NCBI GenBank assembly: GCA_041736305.1
Contig: JBGSTX010000150.1
Span: forward strand, 1 to 15,837
Length of the DNA: 15,837 nt
Direction of reading: 5' to 3'
Source of the DNA: Oligoflexus sp.
GTDB taxonomy: Bacteria; Bdellovibrionota_B; Oligoflexia; Oligoflexales; Oligoflexaceae
Shown: one piece after another, positions 8,280 through 15,837 of the stretch
Layout of the letters: the number at the start of each line of letters is the position of its first letter
Numbering within the stretch: position 1 is the stretch's first letter
The notes under the pieces: model-generated
What the model saw: only the letters and a program-made list of their open reading frames with translations
What the model was told of the DNA's origin: nothing
The model's database searches: none
Program-made: the position numbers and the translations under genes

Positions 8280-8366
8280 CGGAGGGAGAGGGATTCGAAC
8301 CCCCGGTGGAGTCACCCCCACAACGGTTTTCAAGACCGCCGCATTCAACCGCTCTGCCATCCCTCC
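8280..8366 (-). tRNA. tRNA-Ser(TGA)
   Basis: Reverse complement GGAGGGA TGGCAGAGCGGTTGAATGC…GCGGT-CTTGAAA-ACCGT, long variable arm, TTCGAAT loop, TCCCTCC-G; 87 nt; CCA not encoded. Confidence 0.96.
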
Positions 8367-8414
8367 ATGGCCCGTCATAGTCGGGTCTGAGACACAAAGC
8401 TAGAGTGAGCGTTT

Positions 8415-8440
8415 TATAATAGCAACTCGGGTTCACGCAA
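8415..8440 (-). promoter_or_regulatory. Candidate promoter for the tRNA-Ser pair
   Basis: Minus strand TTGCGT…TGC-TATTAT(AAAA): extended -10-like element about 50 nt upstream of tRNA-Ser(TGA). Confidence 0.35.
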
Positions 8441-8484
8441 GGTCTTTTGCTTATTTTGCATCCTGATTCGCGAAACCTGAGCGC

Positions 8485-8513
8485 AAAAAAAGCCCCCTTC
8501 GAAAAAAGGAGGC
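8485..8513 (-). terminator. Intrinsic terminator after htpX
   Basis: Minus strand GCCTCCTT-TTTTCG-AAGGGGGC followed by T7, 20 nt after the htpX stop. Confidence 0.8.
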
Positions 8514-8533
8514 CTGAGGAATTCAGTCCAGAA

Positions 8534-9445
8534 TTAAACGGCGTACTTTTGCAGCCGGCTAATACGCTCTTCAAGCGGTGGGTGAGTCGAAAAAAGCGAG
8601 AGCATCTTCGAAGGGCGTCGAGAAATTTGTAGAGCCGCCATCGCTGGACTCCTACCTTCCTCTTCCACAGGGAGACCTGCCTTGAGCTTCTGCAAAGCTG
8701 CGATCATCTTATTGCGCCCAGCTAGCCGTGCTCCACCCACATCGGCGCGATACTCGCGGTAGCGAGAAAAACTCGCAACGACCATCGAACCCAGCAGACC
8801 GAAGACTATCTCGAAAGCGAAGACTGTCAGCATGTAGGTGATGTGACTCATGCCTTCGCCCTCACGCTCGCTATTCCCGCGCAAGAACTGGCTCACGCCA
8901 TAGGCCGCAACTCGAGCGAAGTACATAACGAAAGCGTTCACTACACCTTGGATGAGAGTCATCGTCACCATATCGCCGTTCGCAATATGCGCGACCTCAT
9001 GGCCTAGAACACCCTCAACCTCGTCCTTGTTCATACTTCGTAGCAGACCCTGCGATACTGCGACCAAAGAGTTGTTACGCGTTGGACCGGTGGCAAAAGC
9101 GTTAAGCTCCATGCCGGGATAGATGCCAACTTCAGGCATCTTACCGAGACCTGCGCCCTGCGCCAATCGATGGACTATGCGCACCAACTCGCCTTCAGCT
9201 CCGCCAGCATTGGGAGGGATGATTTGTACACCCATAGTCCACACGGCTATCTTTTTGGAGAGAAGGAGAGAGATAAACGAAGCGACCATACCCCAGACTA
9301 AACAGAATACAATCAAATCGGACTGACTTAGTCCGCGCGCTGTCCGGGTTCCAGAGATCCCAAACAAGTTTAAAATTAGTGAAACCATGACAACAATGGC
9401 CACGTTGACCAGGGCAAAAAGGGCAATTCGTTTAAACCAGGCCAT
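8534..9445 (-). CDS. htpX: Zinc metalloprotease HtpX (M48)
   Basis: NAFATG, GVLGHEVAHIANGDMVTMTLIQGVVNAFV (HExxH), FSRYREYRADVGGA and LFSTHPPLEERI; AAGGAGG RBS. Confidence 0.97.
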   Translation of the reverse strand: MAWFKRIALFALVNVAIVVMVSLILNLFGISGTRTARGLSQSDLIVFCLVWGMVASFISLLLSKKIAVWTMGVQIIPPNAGGAEGELVRIVHRLAQGAGLGKMPEVGIYPGMELNAFATGPTRNNSLVAVSQGLLRSMNKDEVEGVLGHEVAHIANGDMVTMTLIQGVVNAFVMYFARVAAYGVSQFLRGNSEREGEGMSHITYMLTVFAFEIVFGLLGSMVVASFSRYREYRADVGGARLAGRNKMIAALQKLKAGLPVEEEGRSPAMAALQISRRPSKMLSLFSTHPPLEERISRLQKYAV

Positions 9446-9501
9446 AGCTCAGCATCCTCCTTCAAAATTCGCACGGCATAGCATGCAGCGCGGCTTCGCC
9501 A

Positions 9502-9529
9502 AATGTAATATCAAATCGAGCCTTGTCAA
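9502..9529 (-). promoter_or_regulatory. Candidate sigma70 promoter for htpX
   Basis: Minus strand TTGACA, 16 bp, TACATT. Confidence 0.45.
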
Positions 9530-9566
9530 AGGCCTGAGTCCCAATGATAGCAAAGCTCAGCGAGTT

Positions 9567-10187
9567 TTACAGCTTAGTTGGATTCCCAGCTTGAGCTCCC
9601 GCGACATTCTCGAGCGGAATATTAGGCTTGGGTAAATTGAGAGCGACTGCCATGTTCTGCAGTATACGTCCGATTTCTGTCTTGTTTTTATCGGAAGGTA
9701 GCCAGATCTCCGTAATTCCACCGTCAGGCAATTTGCTCAAAACCTCGACGTTGTTAAAAAGAGTCAACTCAGCCTGTCCAGAGGTGAGACGCTTCAAGCG
9801 CATCGAGAGCTTGTTGCGGTGAACTTTGCCATCCAAATAATACGAATCCCACTCCGTAGTTATCAGACCGTTGCCGCGATCGGCTATCGCTAGATTATAA
9901 TTTCTTAAGAGCACATCCATCAAAGCATCCCAGATTCGCTCGTAACCCATAGCAAAGCGGAAGGTCCCCTGATCGACAGGATAAATACCAGGTCGCTGCG
10001 TAGAGCCTCCAGCAGAAGCTTTAGCACCGGGAGCAGCGCTAGCTGCTGTCCTTCGGTATTTTTGTAAGAGATCTGTGACGCACCCAGAGAGAGGCAGCTG
10101 CAGTCCGGCCAGACACAGAAGCGGGAATAAGCACGAAGAAAAGGCTTTTTTATCGCTTGAGGCAATCCGTCCGGGTAGTGCTGGCAT
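9567..10187 (-). CDS. Putative lipoprotein, BamC/NlpB-like helix-grip domain
   Basis: Hydrophobic signal ending in lipobox LSGC, Ala/Gly-rich linker, then YERIWDALMDVL…ADRGNGLITTEW, a pattern seen in BamC-like domains. Confidence 0.6.
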   Translation of the reverse strand: MPALPGRIASSDKKAFSSCLFPLLCLAGLQLPLSGCVTDLLQKYRRTAASAAPGAKASAGGSTQRPGIYPVDQGTFRFAMGYERIWDALMDVLLRNYNLAIADRGNGLITTEWDSYYLDGKVHRNKLSMRLKRLTSGQAELTLFNNVEVLSKLPDGGITEIWLPSDKNKTEIGRILQNMAVALNLPKPNIPLENVAGAQAGNPTKL

Positions 10188-10208
10188 GCGCGTCTCCCTA
10201 AGATAGGC

Positions 10209-11195
10209 TTAAGTTAAAAGGTCTTTCACAACTTCTCGCTCAGCGAGCAGTTCTTTAGTCGTAATACCGATCATTTCTTTTGCAAAAGACGTGAGCTTCA
10301 AATCGCGTACGATCTCGTAGCTGCCATCGCCGTTTGAACGGATCGGAAACGAGTAAATCAGTCCAGCAGGGATATCATAAAGTTTTCCATCACTCGGCAC
10401 CGCGGCTGAAAACCATTCTCCGCTCGGAGTTTTAGTGATGAAACGCTTCACATGGTCAATACACGCAGAAGCTGCCGAAGCTGCTGACGATTTGCCGCGC
10501 GCGGCAATGATCGCTGCTCCGCGTTTTTGTACTGTCGCGAAAAAATCACTCTCCAGCCACTTTCTCTCAGTAATGACTTGAGTTACGGGCTTGCCGTTAA
10601 TCGTCGCATTATCAAAGTCTGGAACCATCGTTGAGCTATGGTTACCCCAGATCGCTAGGTTCTTCACCGCACCGACATTGACTTTAGCTTTGATGGCTAG
10701 CTGAGCCCGCGCCCGGTTTTCATCGAGCATAGTCATCGCGGAAAAACGAGTCGCAGGAACGTCGCGGCAGTTGTGCTGCGCGATCAGAGCGTTGGTGTTG
10801 CACGGGTTACCAACCACAACGATGCGTACATCAGCTGCCGCGCGCGACAGAGCTTTCCCTTGCGCAACAAAAATAGGACCGTTGTCGCGTATCAAATCGT
10901 TACGCTCCATGCCGGGACCCCGTGGCTTAGATCCAACCATGAGACACCAATTGATTCCCTGGAAACCTGCCTCGGGATTATCGTAGATATCGATGCCATC
11001 GAGCGCGGGAAAAGCACAATCTTCAAGCTCCATCGCCGTTCCCTCAGCTGCTTTAATAGCCGCTGGAAGTTCGATGAGGCTGAGACGGACAGGCGTATTG
11101 GGGCCGAAGAGCTCACCAGAAGCGATACGATAGAGCAGACTATATCCAATCTGACCTGCAGCTCCAGTGACAGCAACGCGGACAGGTTTCGTCAT
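10209..11195 (-). CDS. mdh: Malate dehydrogenase (MDH type 2)
   Basis: [91 protein letters not shown]. Confidence 0.98.
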   Translation of the reverse strand: MTKPVRVAVTGAAGQIGYSLLYRIASGELFGPNTPVRLSLIELPAAIKAAEGTAMELEDCAFPALDGIDIYDNPEAGFQGINWCLMVGSKPRGPGMERNDLIRDNGPIFVAQGKALSRAAADVRIVVVGNPCNTNALIAQHNCRDVPATRFSAMTMLDENRARAQLAIKAKVNVGAVKNLAIWGNHSSTMVPDFDNATINGKPVTQVITERKWLESDFFATVQKRGAAIIAARGKSSAASAASACIDHVKRFITKTPSGEWFSAAVPSDGKLYDIPAGLIYSFPIRSNGDGSYEIVRDLKLTSFAKEMIGITTKELLAEREVVKDLLT

Positions 11196-11263
11196 GTCAA
11201 GGTCTCCTTAATTTTGAGCAACAACTTCCTATCTCTACTCCCAAAGTCCGCTGAAGGAAAAGC

Positions 11264-11995
11264 TTAATCCTTGTCTGCTAGCCCCAGCGACTCCGAGCTG
11301 AGTTCGATGTTCGGAGTTCGATAGCTAGGCTTGCGTCGATTGAGGTCCCAGTACTGTTCCATCGGCGTATAGCCCTTAGTCAAAGTCCAGTGCACAGGGT
11401 GCCCATTTTCTACAAAGTAGAGGACCTTAATCTTTTTGCGACTCTTAAGCTCGGCAACGCATATGTGACAGCCATAGACTTTGACGCTGATCCCATCGAC
11501 CTTTACCTTGGTCTGCTGAAAGTAGGCCTTCATAAAGGGGCGCGAACAGAAATAGCAGCCCTGGGAAGGAGGAGTCGTTTCCTGCTGCCAACGAGTCAGA
11601 AGGTGATTGAAAGAACCACGGTCTTCGATGGAACTCTTGAACTTCTGATAAGTGTCTTCGATCTTCTCCTCAACCCGACGAACCATGGGCACGGCTTCGC
11701 CTAAGTGCTGAACATCAAATCCAAAATTAGGAAGTTTAACCAAAGCACTCAAGAGACTCTCCATCATCCGTAGAGCGGTCTCAAAGTCGTTCAGAATCTT
11801 GGCGTTATTGACATGGGGAGCTAGATTAGCCAGTGAATTGAGTTTGGTGACAGCTAGTTCGATCTGGGCCACTAATTGTACGTAGCGACGACGATAGGAA
11901 TAGGCTTTCTCAGGCGCATGGTCGAGTTTGTAGCCCCTGGCTATCATGGCCAATCCGACAGTTATGCATACTAACGCCAAGATTAAAAATATCAT
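11264..11995 (-). CDS. Hypothetical membrane-anchored protein with helical region and C-terminal CxxC…CxxC putative Zn-binding domain
   Basis: N-terminal TM (MIFLILALVCITVGLAMIA), amphipathic helical middle, CYFC and CHIC pairs. Confidence 0.75.
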   Translation of the reverse strand: MIFLILALVCITVGLAMIARGYKLDHAPEKAYSYRRRYVQLVAQIELAVTKLNSLANLAPHVNNAKILNDFETALRMMESLLSALVKLPNFGFDVQHLGEAVPMVRRVEEKIEDTYQKFKSSIEDRGSFNHLLTRWQQETTPPSQGCYFCSRPFMKAYFQQTKVKVDGISVKVYGCHICVAELKSRKKIKVLYFVENGHPVHWTLTKGYTPMEQYWDLNRRKPSYRTPNIELSSESLGLADKD

Positions 11996-12151
11996 GAAGC
12001 CCCAGCCAAAATAAAGTTCTCGCCCTCATAGAATAGCAAAGGATCGGGGAAAGTCTGGAGTGACGTTTTCGCCTAGCTGGGCTGCGAGCGTGGGAAACTC
12101 TCTTAAGTTTTAGCGCCAAGTACCGAAGAAACTTGGTAAGGAGGAGGGTTT

Positions 12152-12343
12152 ATGCATTATCCAACGTCCCGCACCAATTTTAATAAGATCCTCGATAGCT
12201 ACATGAATTATGTCGCACTTTATAAACTTTTTAATGGGGGAAGTGTTAAAGGCGTTACCTCCTTTGGGACATTCTATTGGCGCTTCACCTATTACGTCCG
12301 TTACGAGAATACGAGTAATGAGCATTTAACCCGCGGCTTATAG
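12152..12343 (+). CDS. Small hypothetical protein (63 aa, aromatic-rich)
   Basis: Very strong SD AAGGAGGAGGG (12138-12148) before the ATG; occupies an otherwise empty gap; followed by a terminator-like hairpin. Confidence 0.7.
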   Translation: MHYPTSRTNFNKILDSYMNYVALYKLFNGGSVKGVTSFGTFYWRFTYYVRYENTSNEHLTRGL

Positions 12344-12377
12344 ACTTGGCAGTCTCCAGCGGATCTAGCTCTTGCAT

Positions 12378-12410
12378 GGACCGTCTTACGAGCGGTCCTC
12401 TCTTCCTTTC
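12378..12410 (+). terminator. Hairpin plus pyrimidine tract after the small ORF
   Basis: GGACCG-TCTTACGAG-CGGTCC followed by TCTCTTCCTTT (imperfect U-tract). Confidence 0.45.
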
Positions 12411-12462
12411 CCTTGTCCCCCAAAGCTTTTACAAAGATCTTGGCTTAGTCAGTCTATCTGAC

Positions 12463-12491
12463 TTGACCATCTGCCGAGCGCCTTATATAAA
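12463..12491 (+). promoter_or_regulatory. Sigma70-like promoter for the MBL-fold gene
   Basis: TTGACC (12463-12468), 17 bp, TATAAA (12486-12491). Confidence 0.6.
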
Positions 12492-12497
12492 CAGAAT

Positions 12498-13535
12498 ATG
12501 GATCAGATTATTGGCTTTGGGTCAACTATGGAAGCTAATGAAACAGAACTAAGAGGGTGGCGCCTGAGGCCGACAGAGGATGGAATCCAGGTCCATGACT
12601 CTATCCTTTGGCTCGATGCCCGTTTCACGGGTGACCTCTCTTTTCTTTCGAGCGCTCACTTCCTTACAGGTCGCACCGAAGCCCGCGTGATTACCACCGA
12701 AGAGACCGTCAAACTTTTAACGATCAATCGCATCAAACTCAATGCCCTAGTCTGCCCCTACAATCAGGTGGTATCCATCGGTCACCTAAAAATGGAATTG
12801 CTACCCTCAGGCGCAGCTCTAGGTGGGGCCTCTCTCTTCGTTGAAACCAGACAGGGCACGCTCCTCTATGCGCCTCAGCTTCAGCCCCACAAGACGGGTA
12901 TCACGCGTACCATGCAGATGAAAGCGGCTGAGACTCTGATCCTCGGCGCTAGAACGCCTTTTCCGGCCAGCAATCATCCAAGCCGCAAGAAGGAGAAGGA
13001 CCGTCTTCTCCAAGCCGTCAGCGCTTATGTCCAGCGCGGCGAATTCCCTCTGATTCTCTGTGAGCCCTATGCGGTCGCTCAGGAGATAGCTAAGCTGCTC
13101 TCAGAAGCCGGACTACCGCTGGCGGTACATCGCAGCATCTATCGCATCAATAAGATCTATGAATTCTATGGTTCGGATTTGGGTGCCTATAGCCTTCTCC
13201 ACCGACGCATGCGTGATCCTAAAGTCTTGATTATGCCCTTGCCTGGCAGCAATCGGCACACTACCGAGCGACCTCTACCAGACAGTGGCCCGATCTTTTG
13301 CGTAGAAGAATCGCCGATTCAAAACACTAACCCCGACCTTCGACGTCCTGTTGCCGAGCGCTTCATAATCAGCAGTAGCTGCGATGGGCGCGATCTCCGA
13401 GCGATTATTCAGACGGTCGACCCCAGGGAAGTCTATTTTACCGGTCCTTACGCTCGCCAATACGAGACGGAGCTCGCCTCGTCCAAGTACCCCGTCCGCG
13501 CTCTCTTTCCGAGTCATTTGCCGGTTCTTTTCTGA
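12498..13535 (+). CDS. MBL-fold/beta-CASP nuclease homolog with degenerate catalytic motifs
   Basis: Motif order matches beta-CASP exonucleases (LWLD; FLSSAH; LLPSGAALGGA; LLYAPQ; ETLILGA; AVAQEI; SSSCD; VYFTG), but most His/Asp ligands are substituted. Alternative start ATG 12528. Confidence 0.75.
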   Translation: MDQIIGFGSTMEANETELRGWRLRPTEDGIQVHDSILWLDARFTGDLSFLSSAHFLTGRTEARVITTEETVKLLTINRIKLNALVCPYNQVVSIGHLKMELLPSGAALGGASLFVETRQGTLLYAPQLQPHKTGITRTMQMKAAETLILGARTPFPASNHPSRKKEKDRLLQAVSAYVQRGEFPLILCEPYAVAQEIAKLLSEAGLPLAVHRSIYRINKIYEFYGSDLGAYSLLHRRMRDPKVLIMPLPGSNRHTTERPLPDSGPIFCVEESPIQNTNPDLRRPVAERFIISSSCDGRDLRAIIQTVDPREVYFTGPYARQYETELASSKYPVRALFPSHLPVLF

Positions 13536-13612
13536 GCTTTAGCTGATGTCACTACACGCGAAGCTTCAGCTTCTGCATACTCAGATCTCTGACCAAGTAC
13601 TCACTAAGAGAG

Positions 13613-13650
13613 GGGCCGGGACCTTTTGAGGTTTTCGGCCCTATTTTTTT
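13613..13650 (+). terminator. Intrinsic terminator
   Basis: GGGCCGGGACCT-TTTG-AGGTTTTCGGCCC followed by TATTTTTTT. Confidence 0.75.
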
Positions 13651-13783
13651 CCTAACAGCTGCCTAAATTATCGACGCCCGATAAACAAAAATTATTAATA
13701 AATACGAGTACTTATTTAGTTGATCAAAGCTTGCTTAAGAGAGCCTGTTGTTGCTGCTGCTCTCCTTCTAGCTATGGAACAGA

Positions 13784-14149
13784 ATGCCCATGATCAACCT
13801 CAAGGTACCGCGCGAAGACGAAAGCCTCCTTATTGAGCAATATTCCCAGCCGGCTTTTCTTCCTCCCCTCTGGCGGATCATTTTTCAAGAAGCTATGCGG
13901 GGTCACCATATTATCTTTCCCCGCGCCATCATTGATCTGATGCAGAATCACGATGAATTTAGCCGCATCGCAAAAATTAAAAATGAAACCTTAGAAGAAT
14001 TCTGCGTCCAGCTCTTCGCTGCCCCTGATTTTACCAGCATACGGACTCTCATCCATTGTTTGCCGATCGAAGAGCAGCAGCAGCTCTTCGTTATATACGT
14101 TCATATGATGCGCAGTATTCGCGATACGCATAAACAGACGAGTAACTGA
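13784..14149 (+). CDS. Hypothetical helical protein (121 aa)
   Basis: Clean ORF between the terminator and ftsK with protein-like amphipathic composition; family not recognised; start could be ATG 13790. Confidence 0.7.
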   Translation: MPMINLKVPREDESLLIEQYSQPAFLPPLWRIIFQEAMRGHHIIFPRAIIDLMQNHDEFSRIAKIKNETLEEFCVQLFAAPDFTSIRTLIHCLPIEEQQQLFVIYVHMMRSIRDTHKQTSN

Positions 14150-14248
14150 TTCCTTCTGGAAGCCAGCCGCTTAGACGAGGAACGCGATTGCGCAAGCTCT
14201 GTTACAATGGAAGGACACTCAGGTCCTCTTGTAAGGAGCTCTGCTTCC

Positions 14249-15837
14249 ATGCCTACCTCAACAAAACCCTTGTCTTCGCCGAGCTTTTGGCAAAAGTTCA
14301 AAGAGTTCCAAATCATTGACCCTCAAGACGGCTACAGTCAGGAAATCGTCCTTGTTCTAGTCGGATTACTGAGCGCCTTTACCCTGACAGCCCTGGCTAG
14401 CTTTTCGCCTTTTGACCCCTCCCTCTACAACTACAGCTTTCCGCCGCGGGTACCGCATAATCTCTGCGGGCTAGTGGGTTCCTATAGCGCCGGATTCCTG
14501 ATTTATAACCTCGGAGCACTGGCGTTCTTTCTACCCTTGCCCTGGCTATGGATGAGCGTCCAAAATCTTCGTGGTCAAACGCGAGCCTTTAGCAAAACCC
14601 GCATCTGCGGCTGGATCGCGATCTCTCTCTGTTTTATGCTTGGTTCTCAGCAGTGGATCGGCGAAATTTCCTTCGAAGGTCTGCCTTACATGGCCGCTGG
14701 GGCTATTGGCTATTATGCCCATGCAGTGGTCAACCAAACCCTTGGCATCGCGGGGTTCTATCTTATTTTTGGCGCCACGGTTCTTCTTTCAGCTCTCCTC
14801 ATTCATCGAAAACCTATTTTAAGACCATTTTTTCAGGGTCTGCAGCAGGTTTTCAAATTTGAGAGACAAGCCAAATTGAAGACTAAGTCTAAAGAGAAGG
14901 CTGCTGTCGAAGAAACTCCCAAGACCGCTTCCATCGAAGAAATACCCTCGTCGAGCTTGCTCCTTCGTCAGGATGTCTTAGCCGCGCAGTCAGGACCCAG
15001 TACAGAACCACTGCTCTTTAACGCCGACTCGGAAGTAGCGTTGGCCAAGCTCCTGAGTGGCGAGGCGCTCGACAAGCGCGCCGGAGCCAGTCTTGCCCTC
15101 CCTGCCTTGGATGAAGATGAAGAAGCTATCGTCAAACTCGACCCCAGCTATCAGTCACCCCCGGCAACTCTCTTCAAATCCAACAATGCTCCACTCGCTT
15201 TAAGTGATGAGCAAAAAAAGGAATTCGAGCTCACCGCCGAATCACTGGTCAAATCCTTTGCTGAGTTTGGCATCGGTGGGGAAGTCATCGCTATACAGCC
15301 TGGGCCGGTCGTGACGGTCTATGAGTTCCAACCCCATGCTGGGACCAAGCTCGCGAAGGTTACCGGTCTCCTCGATGATATTGCTTTGGCTCTTAAGGTC
15401 GACTCGATCTTGATCCACCCCGTGTCTGGTAAGAGGGCTCTGGGCGTTCAGGTGCCCAACAAAAAGCGCGAGATAGTATATCTGGGTGACCTCCTTCAAA
15501 CCCCAGCTTTTAAAGATGCAAAATCCCCTCTGACTTTCGTTCTCGGTAAGGCCTTAAACGGGGATCCGATCTGCTGCGATCTGGCGTCGATGCCTCACCT
15601 TCTGACTGCTGGTCAGACCGGTTCCGGTAAGTCAGTCGCGGTCAACTCGCTACTCTGCAGTCTTATCCTTAAGGCCAGCCCTGAGCAGGTCCGCATGATA
15701 CTAGTCGATCCCAAAATTCTGGAACTCAAAGTCTATGAAGGCATTCCTCATCTTCTGATGCCAGTCATTACCGAACCTCTCAAAGCTTCCCTAGCTCTCA
15801 AGTGGGCTTGTCACGAGATGGACCGCCGTTACCAGCT
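14249..15837 (+). CDS. ftsK: DNA translocase FtsK, 5' part (runs off window)
   Basis: Manually translated open frame: 4TM domain (ASFSPFDPS…HNLCGLVGSY), linker, alpha domain (QPGPVVTVYEF…LDDIALAL…GVQVPN), MPHLLTAGQTGSGKS Walker A (15611-15634), ILVDPKILELKVYEGIPHLL. AAGGAG at 14233-14238; an in-frame ATG also at 14207. Confidence 0.96.
   Translation, partial: MPTSTKPLSSPSFWQKFKEFQIIDPQDGYSQEIVLVLVGLLSAFTLTALASFSPFDPSLYNYSFPPRVPHNLCGLVGSYSAGFLIYNLGALAFFLPLPWLWMSVQNLRGQTRAFSKTRICGWIAISLCFMLGSQQWIGEISFEGLPYMAAGAIGYYAHAVVNQTLGIAGFYLIFGATVLLSALLIHRKPILRPFFQGLQQVFKFERQAKLKTKSKEKAAVEETPKTASIEEIPSSSLLLRQDVLAAQSGPSTEPLLFNADSEVALAKLLSGEALDKRAGASLALPALDEDEEAIVKLDPSYQSPPATLFKSNNAPLALSDEQKKEFELTAESLVKSFAEFGIGGEVIAIQPGPVVTVYEFQPHAGTKLAKVTGLLDDIALALKVDSILIHPVSGKRALGVQVPNKKREIVYLGDLLQTPAFKDAKSPLTFVLGKALNGDPICCDLASMPHLLTAGQTGSGKSVAVNSLLCSLILKASPEQVRMILVDPKILELKVYEGIPHLLMPVITEPLKASLALKWACHEMDRRYQ

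Noticed and set aside
8098-8632. ORFs 8098-8403, 8209-8574 and 8447-8632
   Set aside because: They overlap the tRNA genes, the terminator or the htpX 3' end; translation artefacts.
894-13517. Other short ORFs nested in or antisense to long genes (e.g. 894, 1170, 2065, 2373, 4624, 6318, 9123, 10773, 11390, 12110, 12346, 12819, 13275)
   Set aside because: No RBS or motif support; they overlap better-supported genes or regulatory elements.
14101-15499. Short ORFs at 14101, 14546, 14571, 14653 and 15242
   Set aside because: Shadow ORFs of the continuous ftsK frame.
1-15837. CRISPR array, tandem repeat array, integrase or recognisable defence genes
   Set aside because: No regularly spaced repeats or such protein motifs were seen.

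Overview
Bacterial chromosomal window in two parts. The left part (1-~6900) looks accessory. It holds the 3' end of an IS200/IS605-family tnpA with its end hairpin, an ABA4/DUF4281-like membrane protein, and four polytopic GT-C-type membrane proteins: a probably frameshifted remnant, an AftB-like arabinofuranosyltransferase with an extra C-terminal domain, and two further GT-C-like proteins. The right part (~7100-15837) looks like core genome: a hypothetical gene, a structured AT-rich spacer (three-way-junction-like inverted repeat and two perfect inverted DnaA boxes), tRNA-Ser(GCT), tRNA-Ser(TGA), htpX, a BamC-like lipoprotein, mdh, a membrane-anchored CxxC/CxxC protein, a 63-aa ORF with a very strong RBS, a beta-CASP/MBL-fold nuclease homolog lacking most metal ligands, a hypothetical gene, and the 5' part of ftsK (absent from the ORF track because it runs off the window). 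All calls come from motif recognition by eye; no searches were run.
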